This document shows, piece by piece, positions 53,106 through 62,838 of a stretch of DNA of 64,000 nucleotides. The translations under genes were made by a program, and so were the position numbers. Positions within the stretch are counted from its first letter, which is position 1; each line of letters opens with the position of its first letter. Below the pieces are notes generated by a model. The model saw only the letters and a program-made list of their open reading frames with translations, did no database searches and was not told where the DNA came from. The stretch comes from Candidatus Saccharimonadales bacterium. Its GTDB lineage: Bacteria > Patescibacteriota > Saccharimonadia > Saccharimonadales > OMJO01. The DNA lies in NCBI GenBank assembly GCA_035480035.1, contig DATIID010000001.1:457323-521322 (forward strand). The letters are read 5' to 3'.

Positions 53106-54695
53106 CTACTGCATGCGAATTGGTTTCAAAATGAATTGGTAGGCTTTATTGAAAAAGATTCTAGCCTCATCCAAACCAAATAATGCCGACATGGCAAGAT
53201 GCATTAGCATTGTTGTACCGGCAATCACACCAAACTTAGCACCTAGGGTAACCAAACCACGATCGGCTAGACGAAGTGGGAAAATTGAAATCATTACAAA
53301 TGCTGTTAACACGCTAAAGCCAGTTACTGATATGATCCGACCCACAGCTGTCCAAAAATCGCGGTTGAAAATATAAGGATCGCGAATCAACATAATCATC
53401 AGAAGCAAAAATATTTCCGAGACTGCCGCAATCGACTGCGCTAGCGCTAAACCGGTTATGCCGTAGGCACCCGGTCGAGCCAGGTTAAACGCCAATACGA
53501 TATTCAAACCAATTGTTGCTAGCGAAACAATTAAAGGTGTAGTGGTATCTTTCTGGGCATAAAAGTAACGTGAAATTATGGTGTACATAATGCGAGCAAA
53601 GATGGCAATCGTCAAATAACCAAATATTAATGACACTTGGGGCTGAAAATCACCATAAAGCAAACGTGCTAAATAACCTCGCGTGAAGTAGCCAACGACC
53701 ACCACTGGCATAGCAATCCAAATCATTATTTCAAGGACTTTGAAAAAATCTTTGTGAAATAAGTCTGGACGCCTTTGGGCTAAGCGCTCGGTAAAACGCG
53801 GGAAAGCTGCTGTTGCAATCGCCGTACCAAACAACATCACTGGTACGTTCATAAGTGTTGTCGCAAAGTTATAATAAGTTACCGCTCCACTGCCTAGTAA
53901 CGTTGCTCGGTTGGTCTCAACGATGCTGTTTATTGAATCAACGCCTTGATCAATTGATCGTGCTGGTAGTTTACGCATGATTAACTTGAAATCGTCAGTT
54001 CGGAAATTGATCTTTGGTCGCCATCGAAATTTTAGACCCCACAAACCAAGCATTGCGATTAGTAATTGAAGTATGGCGCCAACTAATGCGCCAATGCCCA
54101 GGCCAACAATACCAATGTGATATTTGAAAATGTAGATACTGGCAATAATCGACAAGTTATAAAATAGGGGTGCTACCGCAAAAAAGAAAAATCGACCAAA
54201 CGTTTGCTGAACGCTTGTCAAAATACCAGACAAAGTGAATAGTAATGGATTAATAGCAACTAAACGCATAATTTGAACTGCTTGATTTAGTTGTGCTTCG
54301 GGCAGATGCGGCGCCACAACGTAATGAATAAGTGGTCGGGCAAAAATAAACACAATTAGTGCCACCGCAAACATAATTATGCTGAGCAGATTCAATAGAC
54401 TGTTAGTGATATCCCAAATGCCCTTTTTATCATTGGCTGCTAGCCGATCGGCTAATACCGGCATAAACGCCACACCTAATGCCCCAGCCGCGATAGTTAG
54501 GAAAAAGAAATCAGGAATTTGAAAAGCCGCAAAGAAAGCATCAGTACTACCCGGATTTATTTTGGTAAAGTTAGCCGCTACCAGACGATTTCGAAAAAAA
54601 CCAAGTAGCTGAGTCATTAATGTTGCTGAAATTAATAAAATCGCAGCATTGCTCAGACTGATTCTTTTGTTAACCTTGTTTATTACACGATTCAT
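53106..54695 (-). CDS. murJ: lipid II flippase MurJ (MviN)
   Basis: It is a 14-TM MOP-superfamily protein with a MurJ-like N-terminus. Confidence 0.88.
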   Translation of the reverse strand: MNRVINKVNKRISLSNAAILLISATLMTQLLGFFRNRLVAANFTKINPGSTDAFFAAFQIPDFFFLTIAAGALGVAFMPVLADRLAANDKKGIWDITNSLLNLLSIIMFAVALIVFIFARPLIHYVVAPHLPEAQLNQAVQIMRLVAINPLLFTLSGILTSVQQTFGRFFFFAVAPLFYNLSIIASIYIFKYHIGIVGLGIGALVGAILQLLIAMLGLWGLKFRWRPKINFRTDDFKLIMRKLPARSIDQGVDSINSIVETNRATLLGSGAVTYYNFATTLMNVPVMLFGTAIATAAFPRFTERLAQRRPDLFHKDFFKVLEIMIWIAMPVVVVGYFTRGYLARLLYGDFQPQVSLIFGYLTIAIFARIMYTIISRYFYAQKDTTTPLIVSLATIGLNIVLAFNLARPGAYGITGLALAQSIAAVSEIFLLLMIMLIRDPYIFNRDFWTAVGRIISVTGFSVLTAFVMISIFPLRLADRGLVTLGAKFGVIAGTTMLMHLAMSALFGLDEARIFFNKAYQFILKPIRMQ

Positions 54696-54746
54696 CCACT
54701 CATATTATAGATGTAATCACCTATTTCTGAAATTGAATAATTTGCT

Positions 54747-56609
54747 CTAGTAGAGTGCGGCGGCTTTGGGCATTACTGCACCTTTGAGAACGGCTAGAAC
54801 TTCTTCCGCTTCGACGGTTTCTTTTTCGATTAAGCGTTTTTTCAGCTCTTCTAGACGACCGCGATTGGTTCGAATAACTGCTCGGGCGCGGTTAGCGGCT
54901 TCAGTAATTAAGCTCTCGACTTCTTGGTCAATAATCTTTGCGGTGTCGTCCGAATATTCACGCTCGTGAACTAACCGGTCCAGCATAAGGCCTTCGTCAA
55001 CATGAAAAACTTGATCGCGTAGTTTAGTGCCCATGCCTTGATTCACTACCATCTCTCGAGCTAGTTCAGCGGCCTTCTGTAAATCGTTACCAGCGCCGGT
55101 CGTAATTCGGTCAGCACCAAAAATGACTTCTTCGGCAATACGACCACCCAGCATCCGAGCCAAAACATCTTTGTACTCGATGACGCTATGGTAGCTTTTA
55201 TCTTCGGGCGGAATAAACCAAGTTACGCCACCGGTGCCGCCGCGTGGAATAATTGTGACTTTGTGAACCATATCGCTGTCGGGCAGGACATGGCCAACTA
55301 CAGCGTGCCCAGCTTCATGGTAAGCCGTTAATTCAATCTCTTTCTTGCTCATTACCTTACTTTTGCGTTCTGGTCCGATGGCCACTTTTTCAAACGCGGC
55401 CGTAACATCATCCTGAGATATTTCATGATGACTGTGGCGGGCGGCGATAATGGCGGCTTCGTTAGCAATATTAGCCAAATCGGCACCAGACGAACCGGCT
55501 GACTTAGCTGCTAAAGCATCAAGGTCAACCTTTTTAGCAAGTGGTTTTTTTGCAAAGTGAACTTTCAAAATTGCTTCGCGGTCTTTGCGATCAGGCAAGC
55601 CAATATCCACACGACGGTCAAAGCGACCAGGACGCAGAAGCGCCGGGTCGAGGACATCGGCACGGTTGGTAGCAGCCAGAACAATTACATTGGTGCCTTG
55701 CTCAAAACCATCCATTTCAACCAAAATTTGATTCAGCGTTTGCTCGCGTTCATCGTGACCACCACCCATACCGCTGCCACGACGGCGACCTACAGCGTCA
55801 ATCTCATCAACAAAGATAATGCACGGTGCATTCTTTTTGGCTTTAGCAAACAAGTCACGCACTCTTGATGCACCAACACCAACAAACATTTCAACAAATT
55901 CGGATCCAGAAATGCTAAAGAATGGCACATTGGCTTCGCCGGCGACGGCGCGGGCCAACATGGTTTTGCCGGTACCTGGTGGGCCAACTAGCAACACACC
56001 TTTAGGAATCCTGGCACCAACGGCTTCGAATTTTTTAGGATACTTCAAAAACTCAACAACTTCCTGCAAATCTTGTTTGGCTTCGGCACTACCAGCGACA
56101 CCACTGAAATTAACTTTATCGCGCTCGTTACCATATAAACGGGCTCGGCTTTTACCAAAACTTAAAGCTTGATTGCCCTGACCTTGAGCACTTCGAAGCA
56201 TATAAAAAATTCCTGCAAACAGTAGTAGTGGGAAAATGAGTGTGCCGCCAATGTTAATCCAAGTGGCCGTAGTGCTCGATTCCGGTTGATAATTAACATT
56301 CACTTTGGAGTAGTCAACACCCTCTTCTTTTAGGCTGACCTGTGAGTTGACATGTGATTTAAGAGTCGCCTTAGAATCGGATTTTTTGGTAATCTCTAAA
56401 TTCTCGCCTTTAACTGTAATATTTTTATATTGACCGTCATTGGCCGCTTTGACAACTTGTGATATTGGAATGTCCTGAAGTTTAGCCGGCTGTTTATAAG
56501 CAGCTGACATGACTAGGGCAATCAATATTACTAAGGCTAAAAAGCCGGCATTCTTGATATTGCGCTTCTTGGGTTTCTTATTATTTAAACGAAAAGATTT
56601 ATTATCCAT
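54747..56609 (-). CDS. ftsH: ATP-dependent zinc metalloprotease FtsH
   Basis: It has GPPGTGKT, the SRH region and the HEAGHA zinc site. Confidence 0.97.
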   Translation of the reverse strand: MDNKSFRLNNKKPKKRNIKNAGFLALVILIALVMSAAYKQPAKLQDIPISQVVKAANDGQYKNITVKGENLEITKKSDSKATLKSHVNSQVSLKEEGVDYSKVNVNYQPESSTTATWINIGGTLIFPLLLFAGIFYMLRSAQGQGNQALSFGKSRARLYGNERDKVNFSGVAGSAEAKQDLQEVVEFLKYPKKFEAVGARIPKGVLLVGPPGTGKTMLARAVAGEANVPFFSISGSEFVEMFVGVGASRVRDLFAKAKKNAPCIIFVDEIDAVGRRRGSGMGGGHDEREQTLNQILVEMDGFEQGTNVIVLAATNRADVLDPALLRPGRFDRRVDIGLPDRKDREAILKVHFAKKPLAKKVDLDALAAKSAGSSGADLANIANEAAIIAARHSHHEISQDDVTAAFEKVAIGPERKSKVMSKKEIELTAYHEAGHAVVGHVLPDSDMVHKVTIIPRGGTGGVTWFIPPEDKSYHSVIEYKDVLARMLGGRIAEEVIFGADRITTGAGNDLQKAAELAREMVVNQGMGTKLRDQVFHVDEGLMLDRLVHEREYSDDTAKIIDQEVESLITEAANRARAVIRTNRGRLEELKKRLIEKETVEAEEVLAVLKGAVMPKAAALY

Positions 56610-56644
56610 GTAACTCCTATTATACAGATTCGTTTCGAGGAATA

Positions 56645-57532
56645 CTAGCGCTCTATGTGCTCGAGTGCCAGAACCTTTGCTTTAACTCGTAAATTATACT
56701 CCTTATTGATATTGATTGTCTTGCCGACAGCCAAAGTTTTGGCGCCAATCACTAATTTTTCAATTAACTTTTTATCAAAAGCCTTGATGTTATGGTGCCG
56801 TAGCCAATGAATTAAAATTTCGGCAGAAACCTGATGGGATAAAGATCGAAACCACTTTTTATCGAGCTCGGTAGTTTTGGGTTGCAAGTGAAGCTGGATG
56901 TTGAGTAGGTTGTCAGCCTCTTTATTTATTTCATGAGCTCGAAAAATCAATCGGTGAAACCGATCAATCTGTGAGTCACGAAAACGTGGTATAAGTTTGT
57001 GTCGAACCAGATTTCTTAAATAGTTAATGTCGTTATTAGTCGAATCCTCACGCCAAGATAATTTATTTTTGGCGGCATACTCTCTTAAGTCTTGCTTGGT
57101 CAGGTGTAAGGCTGGCCGCTTAACAATATCGGTGGAACGTAGTGAACCCAAACCACGTCGACCAGTGCCACGCAGCACTTGCAAGATGGCTGTTTCCAGT
57201 AGATCATCTTTGTGATGAGCCGTAATGATAGCTCGAGCATCACTGGCCCTACGAACTTTATGTAAAAATTCATAGCGAGCTTTGCGAGCTTTGGCTTCGC
57301 TTGCCTGTTTACCTAGATAGCCCTGGTCATAGATAAACGGTAACCTGTAAGACTTAGCAAGCATTGCGACGTGTCGTCGATCTAAATTAGAATTATCACG
57401 AATTCCATGATCGTAATGTGCCACGACCAATTTGACATTAGATTGTTGATATAAAGCGTGTAATAAGGCCACTGAGTCTGAACCGCCGGACACAGCTACT
57501 ACATAAGTACCCGGTTCAATTTTAATATTCAC
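56645..57532 (-). CDS. tilS: tRNA(Ile)-lysidine synthase TilS
   Basis: It has the PP-loop VAVSGGSDSVALL. Confidence 0.9.
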   Translation of the reverse strand: MNIKIEPGTYVVAVSGGSDSVALLHALYQQSNVKLVVAHYDHGIRDNSNLDRRHVAMLAKSYRLPFIYDQGYLGKQASEAKARKARYEFLHKVRRASDARAIITAHHKDDLLETAILQVLRGTGRRGLGSLRSTDIVKRPALHLTKQDLREYAAKNKLSWREDSTNNDINYLRNLVRHKLIPRFRDSQIDRFHRLIFRAHEINKEADNLLNIQLHLQPKTTELDKKWFRSLSHQVSAEILIHWLRHHNIKAFDKKLIEKLVIGAKTLAVGKTININKEYNLRVKAKVLALEHIER

Positions 57533-57549
57533 ATATTAATTCTATCAGC

Positions 57550-58158
57550 TTATGCTTTGGGTTCTGGCCTAAGTTTTAGATCAACATAGTTGAGTGGTAT
57601 ATCGTACCAAGATCCGGGATTAGTTTCGTAACGTACGCTTTCAGGTCGTGTTACATCATATATTGCTAGCGGTTTATCAGATGAGGTTTGAACACGCAAG
57701 CTTAGGACAGGTGAATACTGATTTTCGCTGCTTCGATATGGTAACGCCCGAGTAGCCGTAATTTTCTCTGTTGGAATGGCCAAAACATGAATCTGATCAT
57801 CAAATTGCAAGCCATCGTCATCCAATTGTTCATAGTCTGGCAGTATTTTGTCTAATCGAGAATAGGTCCGTAGGCTTTCTGGTGCAGCTATTAGCAGTTT
57901 GCCGGGTGTACGATTTTTCATAATTTCATCCAATTCACCAACTAAACTTTCTAACGATTCTGACAAAGCCGGCTTTAAACTTTGATCGACTTTTTCACTG
58001 GCAATAACACTGGTGTGATCCTTTATTTGCAAAGCAAGTTCGCCTAAAGCATAAAAGTCCGGTATTAACCGGTTGGTTGAGCCCTTTTCATTAGCCCAAA
58101 AAAATACACCCTCGGCGGGTGTAGTTTCTGCATCTAGTTTAGCAAAATTTATCGCCAT
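57550..58158 (-). CDS. hypothetical protein (202 aa)
   Basis: It is an ORF directly upstream of tilS. No family is recognised. Confidence 0.5.
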   Translation of the reverse strand: MAINFAKLDAETTPAEGVFFWANEKGSTNRLIPDFYALGELALQIKDHTSVIASEKVDQSLKPALSESLESLVGELDEIMKNRTPGKLLIAAPESLRTYSRLDKILPDYEQLDDDGLQFDDQIHVLAIPTEKITATRALPYRSSENQYSPVLSLRVQTSSDKPLAIYDVTRPESVRYETNPGSWYDIPLNYVDLKLRPEPKA

Positions 58159-58220
58159 ACTAGATTAATACTTTAGCATATTACATATGCATTAGTCAAA
58201 ATATAATTAATCAACCCTTT

Positions 58221-58297
58221 TGGTAGCAGGGGCGAGGATCGAACTCGCGACCTCAGGCTTATGAGTCCTGCGCTCTAACCATCTGAGCTACCCTGCC
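58221..58297 (-). tRNA. tRNA with CAT anticodon (elongator Met or lysidine-dependent Ile2)
   Basis: Reverse complement: GGCAGGG TAGCTCAGATGGTTAGAGC G CAGGA-CTCATAA-GCCTG ..GCGAGTTCGATCCTCGC CCCTGCT A CCA. It lacks initiator features. Confidence 0.85.
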
Positions 58298-58425
58298 ATA
58301 TTCGGACAAGTTGAACAGAGGTGAGTATACCTTAAATCGTTAAACTTAGCCAGTTGGAAGACTAAAAACATTAGCGACTTGCATTTTTAGATAATAGGAC
58401 TATATTGGGTATAAAAGAAACACTC

Positions 58426-58464
58426 GCAAAAACAAGAGCTTCTTCAATTTGTGAAGAAGCTCTT
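58426..58464 (-). terminator. strong rho-independent terminator
   Basis: A 13-bp perfect stem AAGAGCTTCTTCA-caaat-TGAAGAAGCTCTT is followed by GTTTTTG on the minus strand. Confidence 0.8.
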
Positions 58465-58486
58465 TAATTTTGGTCTGTTATTCGAC

Positions 58487-58567
58487 CTAAAGTTGTTCGA
58501 TAACTGAATCTAGTTCTAATATTGATTCGTCGGTAGTAGGCACTAGTTCGTAAGCTAATTTTTTCAT
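58487..58567 (-). CDS. possible 26-aa acidic peptide (or the body of a small RNA)
   Basis: MKKLAYELVPTTDESILELDSVIEQL. AAGGA lies ~9 nt upstream. It sits between a consensus promoter and a strong terminator. Confidence 0.3.
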   Translation of the reverse strand: MKKLAYELVPTTDESILELDSVIEQL

Positions 58568-58621
58568 TTTGGGTTGTCCTTGTCTTAACTTAGTGTTTGT
58601 TTTGTCATGACAATACTAAGT

Positions 58622-58649
58622 ATTATACATGATATTGTATATTTGTCAA
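58622..58649 (-). promoter_or_regulatory. consensus sigma70 promoter
   Basis: On the minus strand: TTGACA (58649-58644), 16 nt, TATAAT (58627-58622). Confidence 0.65.
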
Positions 58650-58708
58650 CTAGATTCTATTGTACTCTTCAGTTTTGAAGAGTTAAAAATTAACTAATTT
58701 TAAGTGCT

Positions 58709-59275
58709 TTATTTCTTGTCGCTGCCTTTAATAGCTGATTCAATCACATCACGTGGTAGAGCGGCCGCTGATAGAAGCGCATTTTTAACTGTATCGACAG
58801 TGCCTCCACCAACACTATTCGCGGCATCTAATGCACCGTTAACAGCCGATTTAGCAGCTGCCCCAGTGTCGGCGCCCACTGCGCCGGCTGATTGAATTGC
58901 ACCTTGAACAGCCGCTACGGCCGCACCGCCAATGTCACCACCAGTATCAGCGGTAGCCTTGACTACACCTTGAGCGGCACCACGGATGGCGCCAATCACA
59001 TCACCACCAACTTGGCTGGTACCTTTAACAACGCCACTCATTGTTGCAGCAACTGTATCAGTAGCGGCAGCACCAACTGAACCAGCGCCTCTTATAGCCC
59101 CACTAGCAACAGACGCAACTGCCTCAACAGCCGAACCGGCTACTTCGCCAGTCCCCTTTAGGACATTAATAACTTGGTCTTTAACTGTACCGGTTACGGC
59201 TCCAATGATATCGTTAACACCTTTTACGGCAGCCACGACGGCATCACTGGCTTCGTTGATTACTCTGTCTAACAT
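58709..59275 (-). CDS. Gly/Ala/Val-rich protein built of ~13 tandem 11-residue repeats
   Basis: The 11-mers include GAVTGTVKDQV/INVLKGTGEVA/GSAVEAVASVA/SGAIRGAGSVG/... There is no signal peptide or TM. Confidence 0.6.
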   Translation of the reverse strand: MLDRVINEASDAVVAAVKGVNDIIGAVTGTVKDQVINVLKGTGEVAGSAVEAVASVASGAIRGAGSVGAAATDTVAATMSGVVKGTSQVGGDVIGAIRGAAQGVVKATADTGGDIGGAAVAAVQGAIQSAGAVGADTGAAAKSAVNGALDAANSVGGGTVDTVKNALLSAAALPRDVIESAIKGSDKK

Positions 59276-59331
59276 TTTTACTCCTTGCTTATTTTGTTAA
59301 TTATGCTTATACAATAACACAGCCTGGCTAG

Positions 59332-59760
59332 TTAGGGAGTAACCGTAAAACTGCCCTGGGCTCGATCATCAATATGATCATGAAATATAAATGTGCCGGA
59401 TTGAACTAGTGTCACTGTTAGGCTATCACCTGTCGACAAAGCCTTCTCGCTAACCCCATCATAAGTTATATGGTTGTCGTGTTGACCAAAGGCCATCAAT
59501 CGAACATGATTATCGGTGTTAGTAATTGTTAAGCGGTCGCATTTATTACCGTGAGTGTCAGCGGGTATAGCTGCACCGTTTTTAATAACGACTGTTAGGG
59601 TCTGGTGATTACCAGATCGACATAGTTTCTCTACTCCGGACTGTTGATCGGTTTGTCGATTCAAATAATTCGAAGATAACTTAATTACCCCTGCAACAAC
59701 TAGGCTCGCGGCAACGATAACTCCCGCAGTAATAAAAATTAATTTAAGTTGCTTAGTCAC
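59332..59760 (-). CDS. membrane-anchored small beta-sandwich (cupredoxin-like?) protein
   Basis: It has an N-terminal TM. The C-terminal GTFIFHDHIDDRAQGSFTV is reminiscent of cupredoxin-like domains. The call is weak. Confidence 0.4.
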   Translation of the reverse strand: MTKQLKLIFITAGVIVAASLVVAGVIKLSSNYLNRQTDQQSGVEKLCRSGNHQTLTVVIKNGAAIPADTHGNKCDRLTITNTDNHVRLMAFGQHDNHITYDGVSEKALSTGDSLTVTLVQSGTFIFHDHIDDRAQGSFTVTP

Positions 59761-59832
59761 AGGCTGATTTTATCATGTAACCATTAGGGTTATAAAAGCT
59801 TGTCAGCGTACTTGATATAATAATTAACAGTT

Positions 59833-60084
59833 ATGGTCAAAATGAACGACAAAGAATTATTAGAACTCGGTAAAAAACTTCAAAGTTTTTATGACGCGGG
59901 TTATGTCAATAAAAAACAAGCGGTGTTGTTTTCTTTTTATAAGGGTTTGGCTTCAGGGCTTGGGGCTTTCTTGGGTGGCACGATCGTTATTGGTTTAGTC
60001 GTTTGGACCTTGAGTTTGTTTAGTCAGATACCTCTAATTGGCCATTTTATGCACATACTTGATCAAACGCTTAAAAACCGCTAG
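59833..60084 (+). CDS. small membrane protein (DUF5665-like)
   Basis: FYKGLASGLGAFLGGTIVIGLVVWTL. The family assignment is from memory only. Confidence 0.4.
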   Translation: MVKMNDKELLELGKKLQSFYDAGYVNKKQAVLFSFYKGLASGLGAFLGGTIVIGLVVWTLSLFSQIPLIGHFMHILDQTLKNR

Positions 60085-60174
60085 TTATACCATTAAATAC
60101 TGTAATGTTTCACACAGAACTCTCAGTAAAGTATGGTTAAAATTAGAGTGTTAAAAGTAAAACCGGGAGGTTCT

Positions 60175-60393
60175 ATGCTTAAAACAAGTTACATTGAAAC
60201 ACCAATAAACTCCGAAATCCCCTCAATATTTACAGATGATATGTTGCATATTAATAGACACTTCAAAAAACGATCGGATCGTTTAAGCTATTCAGTTTGG
60301 CGTCAAAAACCATCTAAAATCTTTCGTCCACATAGCTACATATCCTATCGGCCGCGTCACTCATTGAATCATCAACAGTGGTCGTTTAAATGA
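60175..60393 (+). CDS. 72-aa basic hypothetical protein
   Basis: GGGAGG lies 5 nt before ATG 60175. The protein is R/K/H/S/Y-rich. The ORF-track start 60133 has no SD. Confidence 0.4.
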   Translation: MLKTSYIETPINSEIPSIFTDDMLHINRHFKKRSDRLSYSVWRQKPSKIFRPHSYISYRPRHSLNHQQWSFK

Positions 60394-60397
60394 GTCG

Positions 60398-61276
60398 TTA
60401 ATTCGGTTTTCTGGCATTAATAATTATCCGGTCAATATTGTCGCTGACGTATCCGGTCTTAGCAATTTGACCAAGGTATTTTTGTCGCCAAAAGGCTGTT
60501 AAATCATTGACTTTGTCATCATCTTCCTCCGTAACTGGAGGTATAAATTCCGAGAAGTAAGTGTTTAGAGAAACTCGCCAGTCAAACAAACCATCTTCAC
60601 CTATAAAATGCATTTCGGTTGATTGCGTAATAATATCGTCATCATTAAAGACAAAAGAATGGTCTCTTAGGATATCGGGAGCTGATTCTTTACTAAATCG
60701 CATGGCAAAACGTTCCTGAGTTTCCAAACCACAAGCCTCGCCACCTTCTTTTAAATATTCGGTATGGAGTTGTTTCTGACTTTCACTGTTTACTAAAACC
60801 AGTAGTTGCCCGCCTGGAACTAATACTCGATGAGCCTCGTCAATGGCTTGGTTGAGTTTTTCGTCGCTTTTAGCATGGTGCCAAGTTAAGGAGTTAATAA
60901 GTGCATGTGCCGATTCGTCGGCAAATGGTAGCTCGGTCATATCGGCATTAACAAATCGGGCTGGTAATAATTCTTCTTTTACTTGAATATTCGCAGCTGA
61001 GCTAATCGCATCTAAAGCAATCTCTAAACCAATTAATGTACCGTAAAATTTGCGGTGTTTACGAACCAGACGAGAAATGGTGCCATTTGAACTACCTTCG
61101 TCAATCACGACATCTTGGGGCCCAGCATCTAATCGTTTAACCAATTCTAAGCGTAAATTCCGGCTGTCAATTACATGCTCATCAATTACACCAAGTCTAT
61201 CTTCAGAATTTGCACCACAAGAGCCAATGTACTGCCTGTCTACTAGACTTGGAAGAGACTCAATGCGCTCCGTCAC
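60398..61276 (-). CDS. class I SAM-dependent methyltransferase-fold protein with atypical motif I
   Basis: It has VVIDEGSSNGT (in place of DxGxGxG), LIGLEIA, ADMTELPF and VLVPGGQLLV. The longest ORF (TTG 61441) overlaps the divergent crp-like start by 90 nt; GTG 61276 lies 7 nt after a TATAAT. Confidence 0.6.
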   Translation of the reverse strand: MTERIESLPSLVDRQYIGSCGANSEDRLGVIDEHVIDSRNLRLELVKRLDAGPQDVVIDEGSSNGTISRLVRKHRKFYGTLIGLEIALDAISSAANIQVKEELLPARFVNADMTELPFADESAHALINSLTWHHAKSDEKLNQAIDEAHRVLVPGGQLLVLVNSESQKQLHTEYLKEGGEACGLETQERFAMRFSKESAPDILRDHSFVFNDDDIITQSTEMHFIGEDGLFDWRVSLNTYFSEFIPPVTEEDDDKVNDLTAFWRQKYLGQIAKTGYVSDNIDRIIINARKPN

Positions 61277-61351
61277 AACTATAATTATACAATTTGAAAC
61301 ATTTTTGGTCACGTGTTTGATAATTAAACGAGCGTATGTTTTTATAAGGAC

Positions 61352-62038
61352 ATGGGAATTCAATCCATCACCAAAAATTTGCTGGCTCTTATTAAGTCGG
61401 AGGGACGAAAAGTCAGCCTCCAGAAAAAAGAAATCATTCAATCAACTGAAACTTCATCCAAACTCTGTTACATTAAAGGTGGATATGTTAAGAAATACAT
61501 GATCACTAATGAGGGCAATGTTCGTATTCAAATAATTTACGGACCAGGTGATGTTTTCCCATTATCGATTGCTTTTAAGGTTTTATTCGACCAAGACTTA
61601 TACGTCGGCCCAGAAGTTTATTACTATGAAACTATGACGCATTGTGAAATGGTGACACTTGATAAGGATAAATTAACTGAAAACACCAGAGATGATGTAT
61701 ATCTATATAGAGATTTATTATCGGAAGCCGGCCGACGTTTATACTTTAATATTCAACGTCTTGAGAATTCTAGTTTACCTAGCTCGTATCAACGAGTTGC
61801 TCACCAAATCACTTTTTACGCTGAGGTGTTTGGACAAACAAACAGTCGGGGTGTAAAAATCAAATTACCAATGACTCAACAGGATTTAGCCGACGTGCTA
61901 AGCACAACTCGAGAAACTGTGTCGCTCTCTATATCCGAGCTACGTAAAAAAGGATTGATTAAAACCGAACGCTATTGGTTAATTCCTGATTTGGGGAAAC
62001 TGAAAGAAGAAAGTTTTTCAATTTCTGATAACTCTTAA
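61352..62038 (+). CDS. Crp/Fnr-family transcriptional regulator
   Basis: It has a cNMP-binding-like beta-roll and a C-terminal HTH (TQQDLADVLSTTRETVSLSISELRKKGLI). Confidence 0.8.
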   Translation: MGIQSITKNLLALIKSEGRKVSLQKKEIIQSTETSSKLCYIKGGYVKKYMITNEGNVRIQIIYGPGDVFPLSIAFKVLFDQDLYVGPEVYYYETMTHCEMVTLDKDKLTENTRDDVYLYRDLLSEAGRRLYFNIQRLENSSLPSSYQRVAHQITFYAEVFGQTNSRGVKIKLPMTQQDLADVLSTTRETVSLSISELRKKGLIKTERYWLIPDLGKLKEESFSISDNS

Positions 62039-62086
62039 AGTCAGCCGGTCAAATTTGGCATTAATTACTGTCGGTTATTAGACAGA

Positions 62087-62269
62087 TCAAGCCAACTGAT
62101 TCTTAATTTTGCGCCAGCGCCTGGCTTGCATACGGAGTGATTTTTCACGCCACATTTCATCTGTATCATCGTATTGATGGTCAGCGATGACCTGACGTAC
62201 GTCGCCACCGACATTAAATCCACGTTGTTTGTGCAAATCTTTGGTTTTAATGAAGTTGTAGTATTTCAT
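62087..62269 (-). CDS. 60-aa basic hypothetical protein
   Basis: MKYYNFIKTKDLHKQRG.... AAGGAG is upstream, and the longest ORF starts at TTG 62323. Confidence 0.4.
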   Translation of the reverse strand: MKYYNFIKTKDLHKQRGFNVGGDVRQVIADHQYDDTDEMWREKSLRMQARRWRKIKNQLA

Positions 62270-62419
62270 AACTCCGTTATCTCCTTTTAAAAATATTGAC
62301 ACGCCATAATAATAGCCGACCAAGCTTAAGCTTGGCTGTTAAAAAACTAACGTTAAATCCGTGTTTTAAGAAGTCGTCCAAACCAACTTACGATTTAGCC
62401 AAATCAAACAAGAAATAAT

Positions 62420-62800
62420 CTAAAGTTTTTGAAAGAAAACTAATTTATAACCGTCAGGGTCGCGCATAACAAATTCGCGGTTACCCCAAGGCCAGTCTCG
62501 CGGTTCGCTTGACGGCTTTAAACCCTCAGCTAAAGCGGACTTGTGATATTCATCAACATTATCGACTTTTATATTGATATAGATGCCGGCGCCTTTGTTA
62601 TCGGCCAAGGCTTCTTTTTGAAATTCAGCCTTATCTTCTTCATCTTGAGCAATAAAATCAACTCTAAACCAATTAACATAGCAGGTTAAGCGATTGCCCT
62701 CTCGTTTACCAAAGCGAAAGCCCAGGGTTTCATAAAATTTGGCGGTTTTATCAAGATCTTTTACATAACACACAAATCCAGCAATGCTATTTGGTTTCAT
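62420..62800 (-). CDS. VOC-family (glyoxalase/bleomycin-resistance fold) protein
   Basis: The paired beta-alpha-beta-beta-beta pattern, the length and the C-terminal DPDGYKLVFFQ all fit the VOC family. Confidence 0.7.
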   Translation of the reverse strand: MKPNSIAGFVCYVKDLDKTAKFYETLGFRFGKREGNRLTCYVNWFRVDFIAQDEEDKAEFQKEALADNKGAGIYINIKVDNVDEYHKSALAEGLKPSSEPRDWPWGNREFVMRDPDGYKLVFFQKL

Positions 62801-62838
62801 AAACTAAATTATAGAACATAACTTGTTATTTTATGAGA

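Noticed and set aside
58666-58685. Hairpin ACTCTTCA-gttt-TGAAGAGT as the terminator of the 11-mer-repeat gene
   Set aside because: The stem is real, but on the minus strand it is not followed by a T-run and it abuts the -35 box. It is too ambiguous to call as a terminator.
58704-59300. Three plus-strand ORFs (63, 62 and 104 aa) rich in Ala/Pro/Thr/Ser
   Set aside because: They are opposite-strand products of the GC-rich 11-mer repeat gene. The repeat periodicity keeps all frames open.
60133-60174. Upstream start (ATG 60133) for the small basic protein
   Set aside because: It has no SD, whereas ATG 60175 is preceded by GGGAGG at ideal spacing.
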